Source: Octopus bimaculoides
Lineage: Eukaryota
NCBI RefSeq assembly: GCF_001194135.2
Contig: NC_068983.1
Span: forward strand, 54,364,382 to 54,428,381
Reading direction: 5' to 3'
DNA length: 64,000 nt
Below the pieces are notes generated by a model that was not told the origin of the DNA, made no database searches, and was given only the letters and a program-made list of their open reading frames with translations. Positions 13,291-27,137 of this stretch are shown here, in pieces. The position numbers and the translations under genes are program-made. Within the stretch, counting starts at the first letter, position 1, and each line of letters begins with the position of its first letter.

Positions 13291-15039
13291 CTTGCCTAAG
13301 ATGTCATAATGTATAACCATTAACCAAATAGCAACTCTGTTTTATGTCAATGCTCTCAAAGCAATATCTAATTGAGCTTATACAGCTAGCTGTAAGTAAG
13401 TGCTGAAGCAAACTGTAGCAGTAGTTGGTTAAATTGGTTAATCATTGGATAAAATACCTGAAAATATTTATAAATGGTCCTTTATGTCCTGAGTTCAAAT
13501 CTCACCAAGGTAAAAAATTTTGTTATTTGTCTTTCTGTGGGGTCACCAAAGTGAAAGTATTAGTCAAGCCAGAATCAGTGGAATGAGCTTGTTTGATTTC
13601 TCAAGACTTGCCCCTCAACCCATTTATCTTCAATGGTATTAGCCAATTCTACTTCGTGACATCAGCTGTTAGCTTATTGACTAAATTGATCAATGTCACC
13701 TCCACCCTGTTGAGATGTCCAAAGCAGGGTTCCCAAACCAGCCCATTCTTTCTTCTCCAGTAGTGTCCAATAAAGCAAACTCGTTTCTCTAACAGAGTCT
13801 TAACTTAAGGTTGCTTTTTGTATAATTTGTCATTGGTAGGGTGTTCTTTCCAGGACATATTCAATGCAGCAGAATCTATTCATGCATACATACTAACATA
13901 GTCTGAGGCCTTTCAGTCATTATACAGATGAGTAAGTTATATAGTAACAGAAATTCAACCACTTTGCAAGTATTGGAATTAGTTTAATGAACTATACCCA
14001 CCTCTTAAATCTGTATCCTTATGGCTTTCTTAGAAACCAATATTGTCAAAGACCCAGTAGCTAGTAGTGTTGAGTTCAAATCCCCTGATGGTGGATATAG
14101 CATGGCCAGTGATAACATCTGATAGTAAATGGTTTACAGCACAAAAGAAATCACTTTAAACTTGCCAAAATGATATTCAAAGTAGTTTAAATGATCAGAA
14201 ATATAATTTGAAAGTGCTTGCAGTATAATAATGAAGATCTGATCAAAGACTTTGCAATAAAGAGAAAGTGGAGAAAACTTTTCAGATATAAATAAAATAA
14301 AAGTTTACAAAAATGGACATTTTTTGAAAAATAAATATTCATTTTACAGTTTATTATTGTTATATTTTGAATTATATAGACATATGGGGGCATCAATATC
14401 TTTTAAGCATTTAGGGCCTTTGTGGGTCTTAATCCAGCCCTGATGATGCTAATGATATGAGTTAAGTTAATAAATATGGATTGCATTGTTTCCAGTATAT
14501 TTAGATGTTTAAATGTAAATATATTCCAATAAGTTCTACCCCAAGGTTATCATGACATTAACAGGTAAAATCCCAAACAGTGATTACAGGCACCACATTT
14601 ACAAAGTACAAAGCAAAAACAATCATGAATAAACAATGTATTTGATCCCTCGTGGATAATGCTCATCATGCATGGATCCCAAACTCTCTACGGTTTATCA
14701 CAGCAAATTATTCAGAAACACAAACCAACTCATCTTAAATAATCAAAGGCTGTGCAGAAACCATTAGTGCTGTGAAACAAAAATATTAAATATCAAAGAC
14801 TACCTGGACATGTAAAGACGTAGTTTGTTATAACCAACAAGCTCTAGCTTGCAGATTCCTTGCCATAATATACACTCTAACCCCCTAAATACTCAGATAC
14901 GGCTGCAAATACCCAGAACACAATATCGCTTTAAAAACATGACCCCATTGTTACCATCTTGATAAAAATAAGAACTACATACAAACAAATATAGCGGCAG
15001 CATTAACCACCAATGGCCTTAAATATTGTGCTAGTGTCA

Positions 15040-15265
15040 TGTTCTGTGCTGGTATCATGTAAAAAGCACCCATGCTGGTAACAGATAAAAAGCACCCAGT
15101 ACACTCTGTAAAGTGGTTGGTGTTAGGAAGGGCATCCAGTTGTAGAAACCTTGCCAGAACAGACAATTGGAGCCTGGTGCAGCACTCCAGCTTGCCAGGT
15201 CCTGTCAAACCGTCCAACCCATGCCAACATGGAAAAATAGATGTTAAATGATGACGATGATGATA
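15040..15265 (+). mobile_element. Diverged RTE tail copy
   Basis: gtggttggtgttaggaagggcatccag ... ccaacccatgccaacatgg ... (ATG)n. Confidence 0.75.
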
Positions 15266-15435
15266 ACAATGATGATGAAGGAGATGATGTATGTACAGTG
15301 ATGTAGCTATAGTTTGTGTCACATGGCTGTTTTTGAGTTTGCTACCTCCTTCCACAACACATTTTCACAAAATTTTGCCTAGAGTGGACCATACCCTTAA
15401 CCCTCTTTTAAATATGCCAGTGGATACATTAGTGA

Positions 15436-15742
15436 AGGCGCATGGCTTAGTGGTTAGAGCGTCGAGCTTACGATCGTGAGGTTGTGAGTTTGATTCCCGG
15501 ACCGGGCTGCATGTTGTGTTCTTGAGCAAGACACTTGATTTCACATTGCTCCAGTTCACTCATCTGTAGAAATGAGTTGTGACGTCACAGGTGCCAAACT
15601 GTTTCGGCCTTTGCCTTTACCTTGGATAACACTGGTGGCGTAGAGAGTAGGGGCGGTATGCATGGGCGACTGCTGGTCTTCCATAAACAACCTTGCTCGG
15701 ACTTGTGCCTGGGAGGGTAACTTTCTAGTTGCAATCCCATGG
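15436..15742 (+). mobile_element. Young CORE-like tRNA SINE with long 3' body
   Basis: ggcgcatggcttagtggttagagcg (A box), gtttgattccc (B box), tgtgttcttgagcaagacactt core. CpGs retained. Inverted sister copy at 21950-22275. Confidence 0.85.
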
Positions 15743-17164
15743 TCAGTCATGACCGAAGGAGTTCTCAGCAATGGATACATTCTGGCAGAAGTTAAGTGCA
15801 GGAGAACAACAGATAGAACTACAACACCCAGAGCCAAGGAAAAAATACATAAAAGATGTAGGACAAAAAATAGCTCGCTTACACTGCAACACTGCACCCA
15901 CCCCGTATACGATAAACTAATGTATATTAAAGTGTCCACTAGATGGAGTCATTGTAATATCTGGAACAATGGATCAGTGAATTGTACATAGTCATTCAAC
16001 TGATTATATACTTGTGATAGGTCAGCTTAATCAAGATTGCCTAGAGTTACAAAACAACCTTAACAATACAAGAAAAACATGTTTGTTTTGATCTGAGTTT
16101 TATGTGAATACATCACTGCTAAGTATTAAGAATGCAATGTAATTAAATATCTCTCAAATATATACTGTTTGTATTGTATAAATATACATTTTTTTGTTGA
16201 TAACTTTTGGTATATTTTTTACCTTATTTTTTTTCAACATACAAGAGAATAAATATATATATAAAAAAAATAACATGTTCTAACATGATAGAAAAAAGAA
16301 GGTGATGCTAAAAAGAAAAACAAAACCCTTTTAAATATATAGCATGAAATGATAAAATGAAATATGAAAGAATTACAGATGAAAGATTAGTCCAACAGAA
16401 GAATAGCAAATAATATCATAGAAATGTACTGAAACATGGGATATTTGCCATGTGAAAAAATACTGCAAATTGCAAACACTCCAATAAAATGTGGGTGTGT
16501 GTATGAATATGAGTCTATATACATATGAATGTGTAAGTGTGTGTATGTGTATTTATGCATATTATATATACATATATACACACATGCATATGTATATATA
16601 TACTCAAATATATGTGCTTTCTATATACCTTTACCTTCTTTTTTTTTTCACTTAACCTTGAGAAAATTAGAGCTGTAGAGATCTAAGAAGGTTGAATCTA
16701 ATTTTTAGGCTGTGTGCCATATTGCTGGGGCAGACCAAAACAACAGCTGTATAGAGTGAGAGAGAGAGAGGGGGGAGAGAGAAAGTTTCTGATGTTCTCT
16801 CTCTTTCCCCTACTCTCTCGCTCTCTCTTTTTCTTTCTCACTTCATATATACACACATGAGTGCACAGGCAAGTCACAAGGACATAGTAAACAAAAGCAT
16901 ATATATTTGGACATGTGAGTGTGCATGCATGTAGGTATTTCTGTGCAGACCTCTGTGTGTGTGTGTGTGTGTGCATGAGTATTTTTCATTCATTTCCTAG
17001 TTTCAGCCATTGGACTTTGGCCATGCTGGGGCATCACCTGTGTGTGTGTGTGTGTGTGTGCATGTGTGTGGGTGTTGTATTATAAGTGCATAGTTCATAT
17101 TCATAATATACATATGTATATAGCACATGTATATACACACACATATGTAAATGTATCTTTATGT

Positions 17165-17608
17165 TTTATCTTTTACTTTAGTTATTAGACTGTGGCCATG
17201 CTGGTGCACTGCCTTGAAAAACTTTTGTTGAACGAATCAAATCCAGGACTTATTTTTTGTAAAGCCTAGTACTTATTCTATCAGTGTCTTTTGCCAAACC
17301 ACTAAGTTATGGGGATGTAAGCACAACAACATTGGTTGTCAAGTGGTGGTGGAGGACAAACACAGACACAAAGACACACACTCTTATCATCATCATCATC
17401 ATTGGCTAACATCCGCTTTCCATGCTGGCATGGGTTGGACGGTTTGACTGAGGACTGACAAGCCAGAAGGCTGCACCAGGCTCCAATCTGATCTGGCAAG
17501 GTTTCTTCAGTTGGATGCACTTCCTAACACCAACCACTCTGAAAGTGTAGTGGGTGCTTTTTTATGGGCTGCTGGCATGGGTGCCAATCATGCGGTACTG
17601 GCATTGGC
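17165..17608 (-). mobile_element. SINE 3' body plus adjacent RTE tail
   Basis: SINE body 17165-17375, (CAT)n plus RTE tail 17385-17608. Confidence 0.75.
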
Positions 17609-17696
17609 TATGACAATGATTTCAATTGATTCAACAGGTCTTCTCGAGCATAGTTTATTCAACAATGTTTATTCGACAATGATTTCTCATATATAC

Positions 17697-17727
<31 letters not shown>

Positions 17728-17767
17728 GATGTGATCTAGAGATTCAGTGTAGAAGACAGTAATACTC

Positions 17768-18063
17768 AAATGATTTGAACTTAGAGTCCGGTGTCTTACA
17801 GTGGATCAATTCCACGGGGTAAAGAACAGCTATTAAAGAGATCAAGTTGAGCAGACATGGAGGCATTTATGTGGATAAACAAATTAAATATATTAGATAT
17901 AACAGTTTGTATTTCATACTCAAACAGTTATATTTAATATATCTAATTTGTTTATCCACATAATTGCCTCGATATCTGCTTAAACTTGATCCCCCTCATA
18001 GCCATTCATTACCCCATGGAATTGATCCTCTGTAAGACATCGGAGTTTAAGTTTGAATCATTT
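17768..18063. repeat. 296-bp foldback (palindromic MITE-like) element
   Basis: Arms 17768-17910 and 17921-18063 are reverse complements, about 85% identical by manual alignment, with a tiny central loop. Confidence 0.9.
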
Positions 18064-18067
18064 CAGC

Positions 18068-18106
<39 letters not shown>

Positions 18107-18142
18107 TTATCTCTCTGTCTTTNNNNNNNNNNCTCTCTCTCT

Positions 18143-18180
<38 letters not shown>

Positions 18181-18497
18181 GACAGTCTTCTTTCACTTTT
18201 CATCTACCGAGTTCACTCACAAAGCTTTAGTCGGCTTGAAGCAATAGTGGAAGACATTGACCAAGGTGCTCTGCTGTGGGACTGAACCCAGAACCATGTA
18301 TATTTCTGTGTGTATTTATAAATATACATATATACATGTGTATACATATACATGTGTGCACATATATTTCTATGATGATAATGTAAAAAACAAATGAATG
18401 TATATATGTATGTGCATATGTAACTGTATGAATATGTATGAGTGAGCATATATACATCTGTATATCTATGTGCGTTTATGTTATGTGTATATGTGCC

Positions 18498-18529
<32 letters not shown>

Positions 18530-18594
18530 TAATTATTGTAGTGGTGGAGGGTTCTTTTATATATGTCTCTCTCTCACTCCCTTGTGTGTGTGTG

Positions 18595-18675
<81 letters not shown>

Positions 18676-19282
18676 GCATACATACATATATGTGTCTGTG
18701 TATGTATATTGTGTATACTTTCTCCATATGAGTGTATTAATCTTTCATTTTCTATTTATTTCATTTCATAGACATTGGTCACAGCTTTTAATTCCTAATT
18801 AGTAATTGAGCCTAATTAGCAATATTTAATCTTGGTGATTAAATATTTCATTTGGAGGAACTTAGATATACCATGGAGAGTATACACATGCATTTTCCAT
18901 GTTTACATATGTGCTTCTGTGTGTATGTATATTAATACATATGTGTTTGTGTATGTGTATACATACACAAATATACATACATAAACACATGTATATTAAT
19001 ATATATTAATATGTATGACAGAAACTTCTATACTCTCCCACACTCTCTCTCATATATATATATATATATGCATATTTATATTTATGTACATGTGGATGTT
19101 TGTATGTGTATATATATACACACATGCACATGCACACACACACATACACACACACCTGTGCATAGTAAGCATGCACATTGCTGCATATACTCAAATGAGA
19201 AATTCAACCAAAAAATCTATTTGTGAATCTATTTGAAAATGAAATGAAAGTATGTGTGTTTGTATTTTATACAGATGCACAG

Positions 19283-19440
19283 AAAATGGCTCTGTGATTA
19301 AGAGACTTGCTTTGCAACCACATGGTCTTGGGTCTAGCCCTACAGGGCAGCACCTTGAGCAAGTGACATACTATGGCCCTGGGCTGACCAATGCCTTGTG
19401 AGTGCATCTTGTAGACCGAAATTCTGTGGAAGCACACTGT
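19283..19440 (+). mobile_element. SINE head; its 3' body is at 19810-20010
   Basis: Main SINE family split by an AT-rich foldback insertion in its microsatellite. Confidence 0.7.
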
Positions 19441-19463
19441 ATATATAAGCGGAAATACATACA

Positions 19464-19495
<32 letters not shown>

Positions 19496-19615
19496 AATAT
19501 ATATATATATAATAATATTAGGGATAAAATCCAAAATTACAGGTAAAAACTCAATTAAAATCAATTTATTAAAAATTAAAATTAAATTAAGTTTCACAGT
19601 ATAATATATATATAA

Positions 19616-19752
19616 ATATATAGTTTTAGGGAAAAGAACCAAGGTTCATGAACTCATCGATGAAAATCCACTGTCACATATACAAAAAATTAATAATTAA
19701 AAGCACAATTTCATCGATGAGTTCATGAACCTTGGGTTCTTTTCCCTAAAAC

Positions 19753-19759
<7 letters not shown>
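19616..19759. repeat. About 50-bp near-perfect inverted repeat with 43-bp spacer
   Basis: atatagttttagggaaaagaaccaaggttcatgaactcatcgatgaaa versus its reverse complement at 19709-19759, with one extra G. Confidence 0.9.
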
Positions 19760-19805
<46 letters not shown>

Positions 19806-21020
19806 GTATGTGTATGTATCTTTGTGTTGTGTTTGTTACCAGCCCACAACTTGAAAACTGATGTTGGTTTGCTTAGTGGTTTGGCAAAGTAGACCAATGA
19901 AATAAGTAGTGGACTTAAGAATAAATACTGTGATCGATTTGTTCAGCTAAACCCTACAAGGTAATGCTCCAGCATGGCGCACAGTCTAATGACTGAAACA
20001 AGTAAAAGAAGAGATATATTTTTCTGTTCTATTTCTTGGATCTATAAATGAAAAAGAAAAGAAAAAGAAGGAAAGAAAGTAAGAAAGAACGAAAGAGAAA
20101 GGAGAAAGCTAGTTAAAAATATAAAACAACAAAAACAACCTCCCTGCAATCTCAACAAGACGGTTAGTTCCACACTAAATACTTTTCAGCTAATTATAAC
20201 GAAATACTATTCATCCACCCTCTTATGACTTGAAACGTCACCTAGATTTTGCTTGTAACTCATCACAAATTGTTTACCCCAAGGTCAACAAACAAATCTT
20301 GTTTGTCCCCTTGTCAAGGATTTCCTATTTTACTGACTTATCTGCAGTTTACTAATAATATTTCTTGAGAAATAATCTGCAGAAGATATTTTCTGGAGAC
20401 ATCTATAATGCAAATATTGTAATCTGATAGGCTGAGTGGTGATAGTATGTTGCTAATATTAGGTAGAGTGATGATAAGTCACCAGTTTTTGTTTGTTTTG
20501 TTCTGTTATTTTTCTTAATCCTTAGGCTTAGGGTGTCTATATGTTGGTTGTATTAAGTGTGTTGGTAACATAACAGCTGAATTACTAAGGAATGTTAACA
20601 CTGAAGAATCCCTTGCCACAAAGGTTTCCGTCTAATATTCAAGCTCTTTCATTGTTACCATTTCACACTGAATAGAGATTATTATTGGCAGAATTGTTAA
20701 AACATCAGATGAAATGCCTTGCAGTATTTTCTTGTGGTTTTTTACATTCAAATTTCTATGAAATGAGTTCAAATCTCACTAAAGTTTATCTTTGCTTTTC
20801 ATATTTTTGAGATTGATGAATTAAAACACCGAGTCTAGTTCTATGCTTGATTTGATCTGCTAACCTTCTTCCCAAAATTTGTGGCTCGTTGTCAAGCTTG
20901 ACTTTGCCATTTGTCCCTCTGAGTCCGACAAAATAAAATACCAGTTGAGTACTGGAGTTGATGTAATCAACTAACCTCCTCTTCTGAAAGTACTGGCCTT
21001 ATACCAAAATTTGAAACAAT

Positions 21021-21383
21021 GGCACGTAAATAGCACCATTTGAGCGTGACCGTTACCAATGTCGCCTTCCTGGCACTTGTGCCAGTGGCACGTGAAAAGA
21101 CATTCGAGCGAGTTCGTTGTCAGTACCACTGGACTGGCCCTTGTGCAGGTGGCACGTAAAATAAACCATTTCAAGTGCAGCCGTTGCCAGTACCTCCTGA
21201 CTGGCATGTAAAAGCACCCACTACACTCTCGGAGTTGTTGGCGTTAGGAAAGGCATCCAGCTGTAGAAACTCTGCCAAATCAGATTGGAGCCTGGTGTAG
21301 CCATCTGGTTCACCAGTCCTCAGTCAAATCGTCGAACCCATGCTAGCATGGAAAGCGGACGTTAAACGATGATGATGATGATG
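21021..21383 (+). mobile_element. RTE-tail element with tandem 3'UTR subrepeats
   Basis: Repeated gttgccagt...gactggc...gtggcacgtaaaa units, conserved tail and (GAT)n. Confidence 0.85.
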
Positions 21384-21529
21384 AATTGTTATTTATGTGG
21401 CAACGAATTGGCAGAATCACTGAAATAGGGGACAAAAATACCTTGCAGTATTTCTTACATATCACAAGTAGTTGTTTACTGCTGGGGATAGAAAATTTAT
21501 TTCTAGGACTGCATGGAGAAGTAATTGTG

Positions 21530-21770
21530 GAGGCGCATAGCTTAGTGGTCAGAGTGTTGGACTCATGATCATAAGATTGTAGTTTTAATTCCTGGGCCAG
21601 GTGACACATTGTATTCTTGAGCAAAACACTTCATTTCACATAGCTCCAGTCCACTCAGCTTGTGAAAGTGTATAATCCTGCGGTGACTGGCATCCCATCC
21701 AGGTGGTGAATATATACACCATAGAAACCAGGAAACTGGCTCCTATCAGTCAATATGAACTCGGGAAGGA
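21530..21770 (+). mobile_element. CORE-like SINE
   Basis: ggcgcatagcttagtggtcagag head, ttcttgagcaaaacact core. Confidence 0.75.
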
Positions 21771-21949
21771 ACTTTTTTTTGAGGTAGAAGTAATTAACAA
21801 CACTCATGAACATTTGAAAGTAAATTTATTGACAGCACAAAGTGTTCTCCATGTCGGTCCTCTGACTAAAACTAACAGCAGCAATTATATATTGGGAAAG
21901 GCATACTACTGAGATCTACAACAATTAACTGATATAGCAGGGTAAAAAG

Positions 21950-22275
21950 GTAAAGACCCCTTCCAGTCATGAATGACCGTGGAATCGTACCTAGAAAGTT
22001 ACCTTTTGAGGCACAAGTCCAGGCAAGGTTGTTTATAGAAGACCAGCAGTCACCCTGCATACCAGCCTCCCTTCTCCATGCCACTGATGTTATCCAAGGG
22101 AAAAGCAAAGGGGCCGATACAGCTTGGCACCTGTGATGTTGCAATTCTGTTCTAAGTGAACTGGAGCAACATAAAATAAAGTGTCTTGCTAAAGAACACA
22201 ACATACAGCCCAGTCTGGAAATCGAACTCACTACCTCATGATCGTGAGCCTGATGCTCTAACCACTGAGCCAGGC
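21950..22275 (-). mobile_element. CORE-like SINE (family of 15436-15742)
   Basis: Reverse complement match including the 3' body. Confidence 0.8.
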
Positions 22276-22880
22276 ACTTGTAGCAATCTGGGGCTGACAC
22301 ATTACACCTGTTATCATGATATATTCATAATGACAAAAGCTGTCTTCCATCTACCATCAAATGATGGTGAATGATAATGGAGAATGGGCTGTCTCAACAT
22401 TCTGGAATTACTCCCCAAAACCACCCTTATAGGGCTCAATGAAGAAGTTCTAGAAAGTCAAATCACACAATAGTTTGATGCTGATTGGTTAGTTAATCAA
22501 CCAATCACAAGAAACTACTTTGGCTTGGTCATAATGTCTACTCATCCATCTAGAAATTCAGTTTTGAATCCACTACAGATCTTTACTTTCTGAGCTCATC
22601 AAATACCACTGAGGTCAATTTTCCTTACACCCTTTTGGAGCTGATAAAGAACCAGTCAATTACTGGTAGTGATGGGTTGGTGTGTTCGACTAACAACTTC
22701 TCTTCATAATTTCTATTTATATATCCTTTTGTTATATCCTTAAAGTTGCAGTGTCTCCTCTCTCTTTGATCCCCCATCTGTTTGTGTTAGATCTCATTCT
22801 TTGATATTGTCTTCCATGTCTTGGGCCTTTGTGGCCAATAAAATAAAAAAAAAATCACTATTTCTATCATCATCATTGTG

Positions 22881-23204
22881 ATGGCACCTGTGCCCTGGCA
22901 CTTGTGCCCGCAGCATGTGTAAGGACTTTCGAGCGAGATCGTTGCCAGTGCCACTGGACTGGCTCCCGTGCAGGTGGCATGTTAAAGACACCAATTTGAG
23001 TGTGGCCGTTGCCAGTACTGCCTGACTGGCCTTTGTGCCGGTGGCACGTAAAAGCACCCACTACACTCTCAGAGTGGTTGGCGTTAGGAAACTCTGTCAA
23101 ATCAGATTGGAGCCTGGTGTAACCATTTGGTTCACCAGTCCTCAGTCAAATCGTCCAACCCATGTTAGCATGGAAAGCGGACATTAAACGATGATGATGA
23201 TGAT
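22881..23204 (+). mobile_element. RTE-tail element
   Basis: Same family as 21021-21383. Confidence 0.85.
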
Positions 23205-24120
23205 CATCATCATCATTGAAAACAATGAAAGCCAAAAGTGTATGCATTAGTACACAGGATAAAACAAAAACAAACAAAAGAGGAGAGTAAAAGGGCCATA
23301 AAGAAAAAAAAGGGTGTAGGCATGTCAAGAGTAGAGTCAGCAACATTCAGAAAGCATGGAATTTTTGGGAAATGCCATGTCTTAACAGCTGACAATTAAT
23401 CCTCATAAACTGCTGGACATGACTATCTTAAGTCCTAAAACTCATGAACCCAGTTACCCAGTTTCCATGGCAAATAAAGTGACCATGATCACAACATTCC
23501 CCCTGAGCAGTTTGCCAGTTTCTCAAAGGATTACTCATTTAAAGCTGAATGGACTGGGGCAATGCTTTGCTGAAGAACACAAAGCACCACCTGGTCCAGG
23601 AATCGAAACCACAGTCTTGTGATTGAAAGTGCAGCATCCTAGCCATTAGGCTATGAGCCTTTACTTCTTCAGCTATTTTATTCCATACTTTGATAATTCT
23701 CAGTGTGAAGAAGTGATTCCAAAAGTCGTGGGTGATATATTGTTTTTTGATTTTGTAAGCAAATTCACAAATGGGAGCAACTGTGTAAACCAGGAGTGAA
23801 CTAAAAGTGTATAAGGACTTGTAGAGTACATGTATACTGAGAAAATTAATCTTTAATTTCACATAATTATAGGGTATGAAGCTTATTTAAATTATTGTTT
23901 TGATCTTAAAGCTTAGCAGGTGATTTCGAATTTGAAAGTGGGCGGAATTTCACCTGCAGCTAAGGGCCCTGATTCAGAGACTCCCTTAGTTGTCCTAATC
24001 ATTACATACATTGATGAGATTGAGTCATAAGTAATAAATGATTGACTGAAATGGAACATCACATCTTGCATTCATACGGAGAAAAACACAGCGAAGGAAA
24101 GTCATCAACATATAATTTAA

Positions 24121-24339
24121 CCCTTTAGCATTTGAACTGACCATATCCAGCTAAAATATTCTACTGATTTATGTTTAAACTGGTCAAATCTGGCCCTTCA
24201 CACACTCCCTACAATGCCATTCTAAAAATAATGACCATGCCATCAGAATCTTGAAGCTACAAGATAATTCAAGATTAATTCATGATTAATGGGAATAAAT
24301 AAGCATTATATTTTACAGAACATTCTGAATGCTGAAGGG
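24121..24339 (+). mobile_element. piggyBac-like MITE, family A
   Basis: TTAA|CCCTTTAGCATT ... AATGCTGAAGGG|TTGA. Inverted sister copy at about 32882-33095. Confidence 0.7.
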
Positions 24340-25778
24340 TTGAAGTAGATTTGTAGAAGCTAACAACATAATGTGATTGGTTAGTCTGCTAGAAATAGCA
24401 GCCAAATCACATTCAATTTTACCTTACTTTCTTAAAAGAGAAAATAGAAAAGGACATAAGTTGGATAATCGAGTATTGGGTTTCTTGCATAAAAAAAAAA
24501 ATATATACCCAAAATATGCGACAATCACAGCTATGATGCCTTTGAGCTTAGGCTACTTGATCAGAGCTGACCTGGGGCTAAACAGCAACAAGTTAGCAGA
24601 AGTACAGAAGCAATTCATTGTACAAACAGAAGAGCAGACGACATTGATTGAATAGTAGATCTATAATCAAAAGCAATCCAGCCATGGCCACCAAATTTAT
24701 TAAGGTATATCTACAACTACATTATCAGTTATGCTCTTTCATCTTTTAAGACAGTAGGATGTGATTAGAGGGAGATTTGATTGCTATTTCAAGCAAATCC
24801 AAATCATGTCAAAGCTCTCACATTGGTAGAATATGATAGGAAATGTTGGCTGCTATTTCTAGCATGGCAAACAACCGCATACAAGCTTTCTTAAGGTAGT
24901 AACTAAGTAACTATATCAGTACAAAAAAGACACACTCTCTTTCTCTCTTTCAAAATGCATGTAAAACTCATATCATGCCAAGAGAGCATAAAAGCTACAA
25001 ATTAAGCTGGATTTATGGTTTAAAATGAATGAAAACCTACATACACAGCATAAAAATATATAAATATACAAAAAAGTAACTATAGGAAAAACAAATACTT
25101 TTTTTAAAGGATAAAAAATAAGCATTAAGTAGAGCTGAATGTGAAAGAAATACCAAGTAATAAAATAATAAATAATGATAGAAAATAAACTGAAGGAGCA
25201 GCAGGGAAAGAGATTAAAATGATAAAGAAGCTAAGAATACAGAAAATTAAATAATTAAATGGAGAGAGAGCAGAGACAATAGACAACTGTGTGTAACGAA
25301 TTTGTATATTAGATTCATTCATAAGCTTGTCACAATTCTTTTGTGAGTATCATAACTGATAAGTGAACGAAGGTAGCCAAGTGGTTAGGGTATTCAGCTT
25401 GCAATCAAGAGTTCAATTTGCAGCTGTGAGTTATGCCCTTGAACAAAACGCTTTATTGCATGTTTCTCCAGTCCACTCAGCTAGCAAAAACAACCTGTAT
25501 TTCAAAGGGTCGGCTTTGACACTTTGTAACACTGAATCTCCCTGAGAACTCCGTGAAAGGTATGTGTATTTGTGGAGTGCTTTTGATTTTTGGTAATATT
25601 CTGAAATGATGGTATGATGTAGAGAGATTATAACCGGCAAATCTCATAGATAATGATTGCCATTTGGATAAAATACATGCTGCAAAACATTTATATCTCC
25701 AATTAGGTAAAAAGACCAATTAACCAATTTCAAGGCAAAACTGTGTGCATCCTCCTATATATGCACATAAACATACAT

Positions 25779-26350
25779 AGGTACTGGCGTGGCTATGAGG
25801 TAAGAAGGTTGTTTCCCAACCACATGGTTCTAGGTTCAGTCCCACTGTGTGGCACCCTGGACAAGTGTCTTCTACTATAGCCTAGAGTTGACCAAAGTTT
25901 TGTGAGTGGATTTGATAGACGGAAACTGAAAGAAGCCCATTATATATATATGTGCGTGTGTGTGAGTGGTTGGCGTTAGGAAGGGCATCCAGCTGTAGAA
26001 ACTCTGCCAAATCGGACTGGAGCCTGGTGTTGCCATCCGGTTTCACCAGTCCTCAGTCAAATCGTCCAACCCATGCTAGCATGGAAAGCGGACGTTAAAC
26101 GATGATGATGATGATGTGTGTGTGTGTGGGTGTATGTGTGTTTGTGTGTCTGTATTTGTCCCCTCACAGTCATTTCACAACCAATGTTGGTGTGTTTATG
26201 TCCCCATAACTTAGCAGTTCGGCACAAGAAGCCAATAGAATAAGTTCTAGGCTTACAAAGAATAAGTGCTTGGATTGATTTGTTCAACTAAAGGTGGTGC
26301 TCCAGCATGGCCGCAGTCAAATGACTGAAACAAGTAAAAGAATAAAAGAA
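25779..26350 (+). mobile_element. Full SINE carrying a nested RTE tail (25964-26116)
   Basis: SINE head, microsatellite interrupted by RTE tail plus (GAT)n, then SINE 3' body. Confidence 0.85.
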
Positions 26351-27057
26351 TACATAAATATATATTGATATACACACACACACACACACACACAAACACA
26401 TATGCTGTGGGTTTTAGAAGTTTGCTTCCCAACAAGATGGTTTCAGGTTCAGTTCCACTGCATGGTACCTTGGGCAAATGCTTTCCACAATAGGTCCAGG
26501 CTGATCAAAAGCCTTGTGAGTGGATTTGGTTGATGGAAACTGAAAGAAGCCCATCATATGTGTATATGTGAGTAACATCATGTGTTTGTTATAAATAACC
26601 TTCACCATAATAGAAGTGATGCTGTTCATTTCCAGTCTTCCTTGAAAAACTTGTTTGGCCATGGAAAATATTCCCTTACTTGGAACCAAGTGAAGGTTGG
26701 TAATAGAGAGGATATCTGGCTGTAGAAGACCTGCCTCAAACAATTATTTCTGCCCCATGCAGGAGGGATGGAGAAGTGAATGTTAAAAAATGATGGTACA
26801 TACACATATGTAAATATGTAGAAAATATAAATGCATGCAGTTAACAGGTTTCACATTTGTGTGATTTTCAGAATTGTATGTAATGATGAATATGGAAGTG
26901 TGTTGCAAACTGTATTGGAGAGTCCAATGATGGTTTAACAGGCCGAAACTTCAGAGTCACTATCAATTCTATTCTTGTTAAAGAAAAATGATTATAGACA
27001 CACAGACACATATATAAATAAATATATATATTTAAACACACACACACACACACATTA

Positions 27058-27137
<80 letters not shown>

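Noticed and set aside
13620-13800. Possible RT motif remnants (ALDIS, WFG) on the minus strand
   Set aside because: Matches are too short and spread over different frames.
26920-26960. CCAATGA...GGCCGAAACTTC hammerhead-like relic
   Set aside because: Core positions 4-5 are altered and stem I does not pair.
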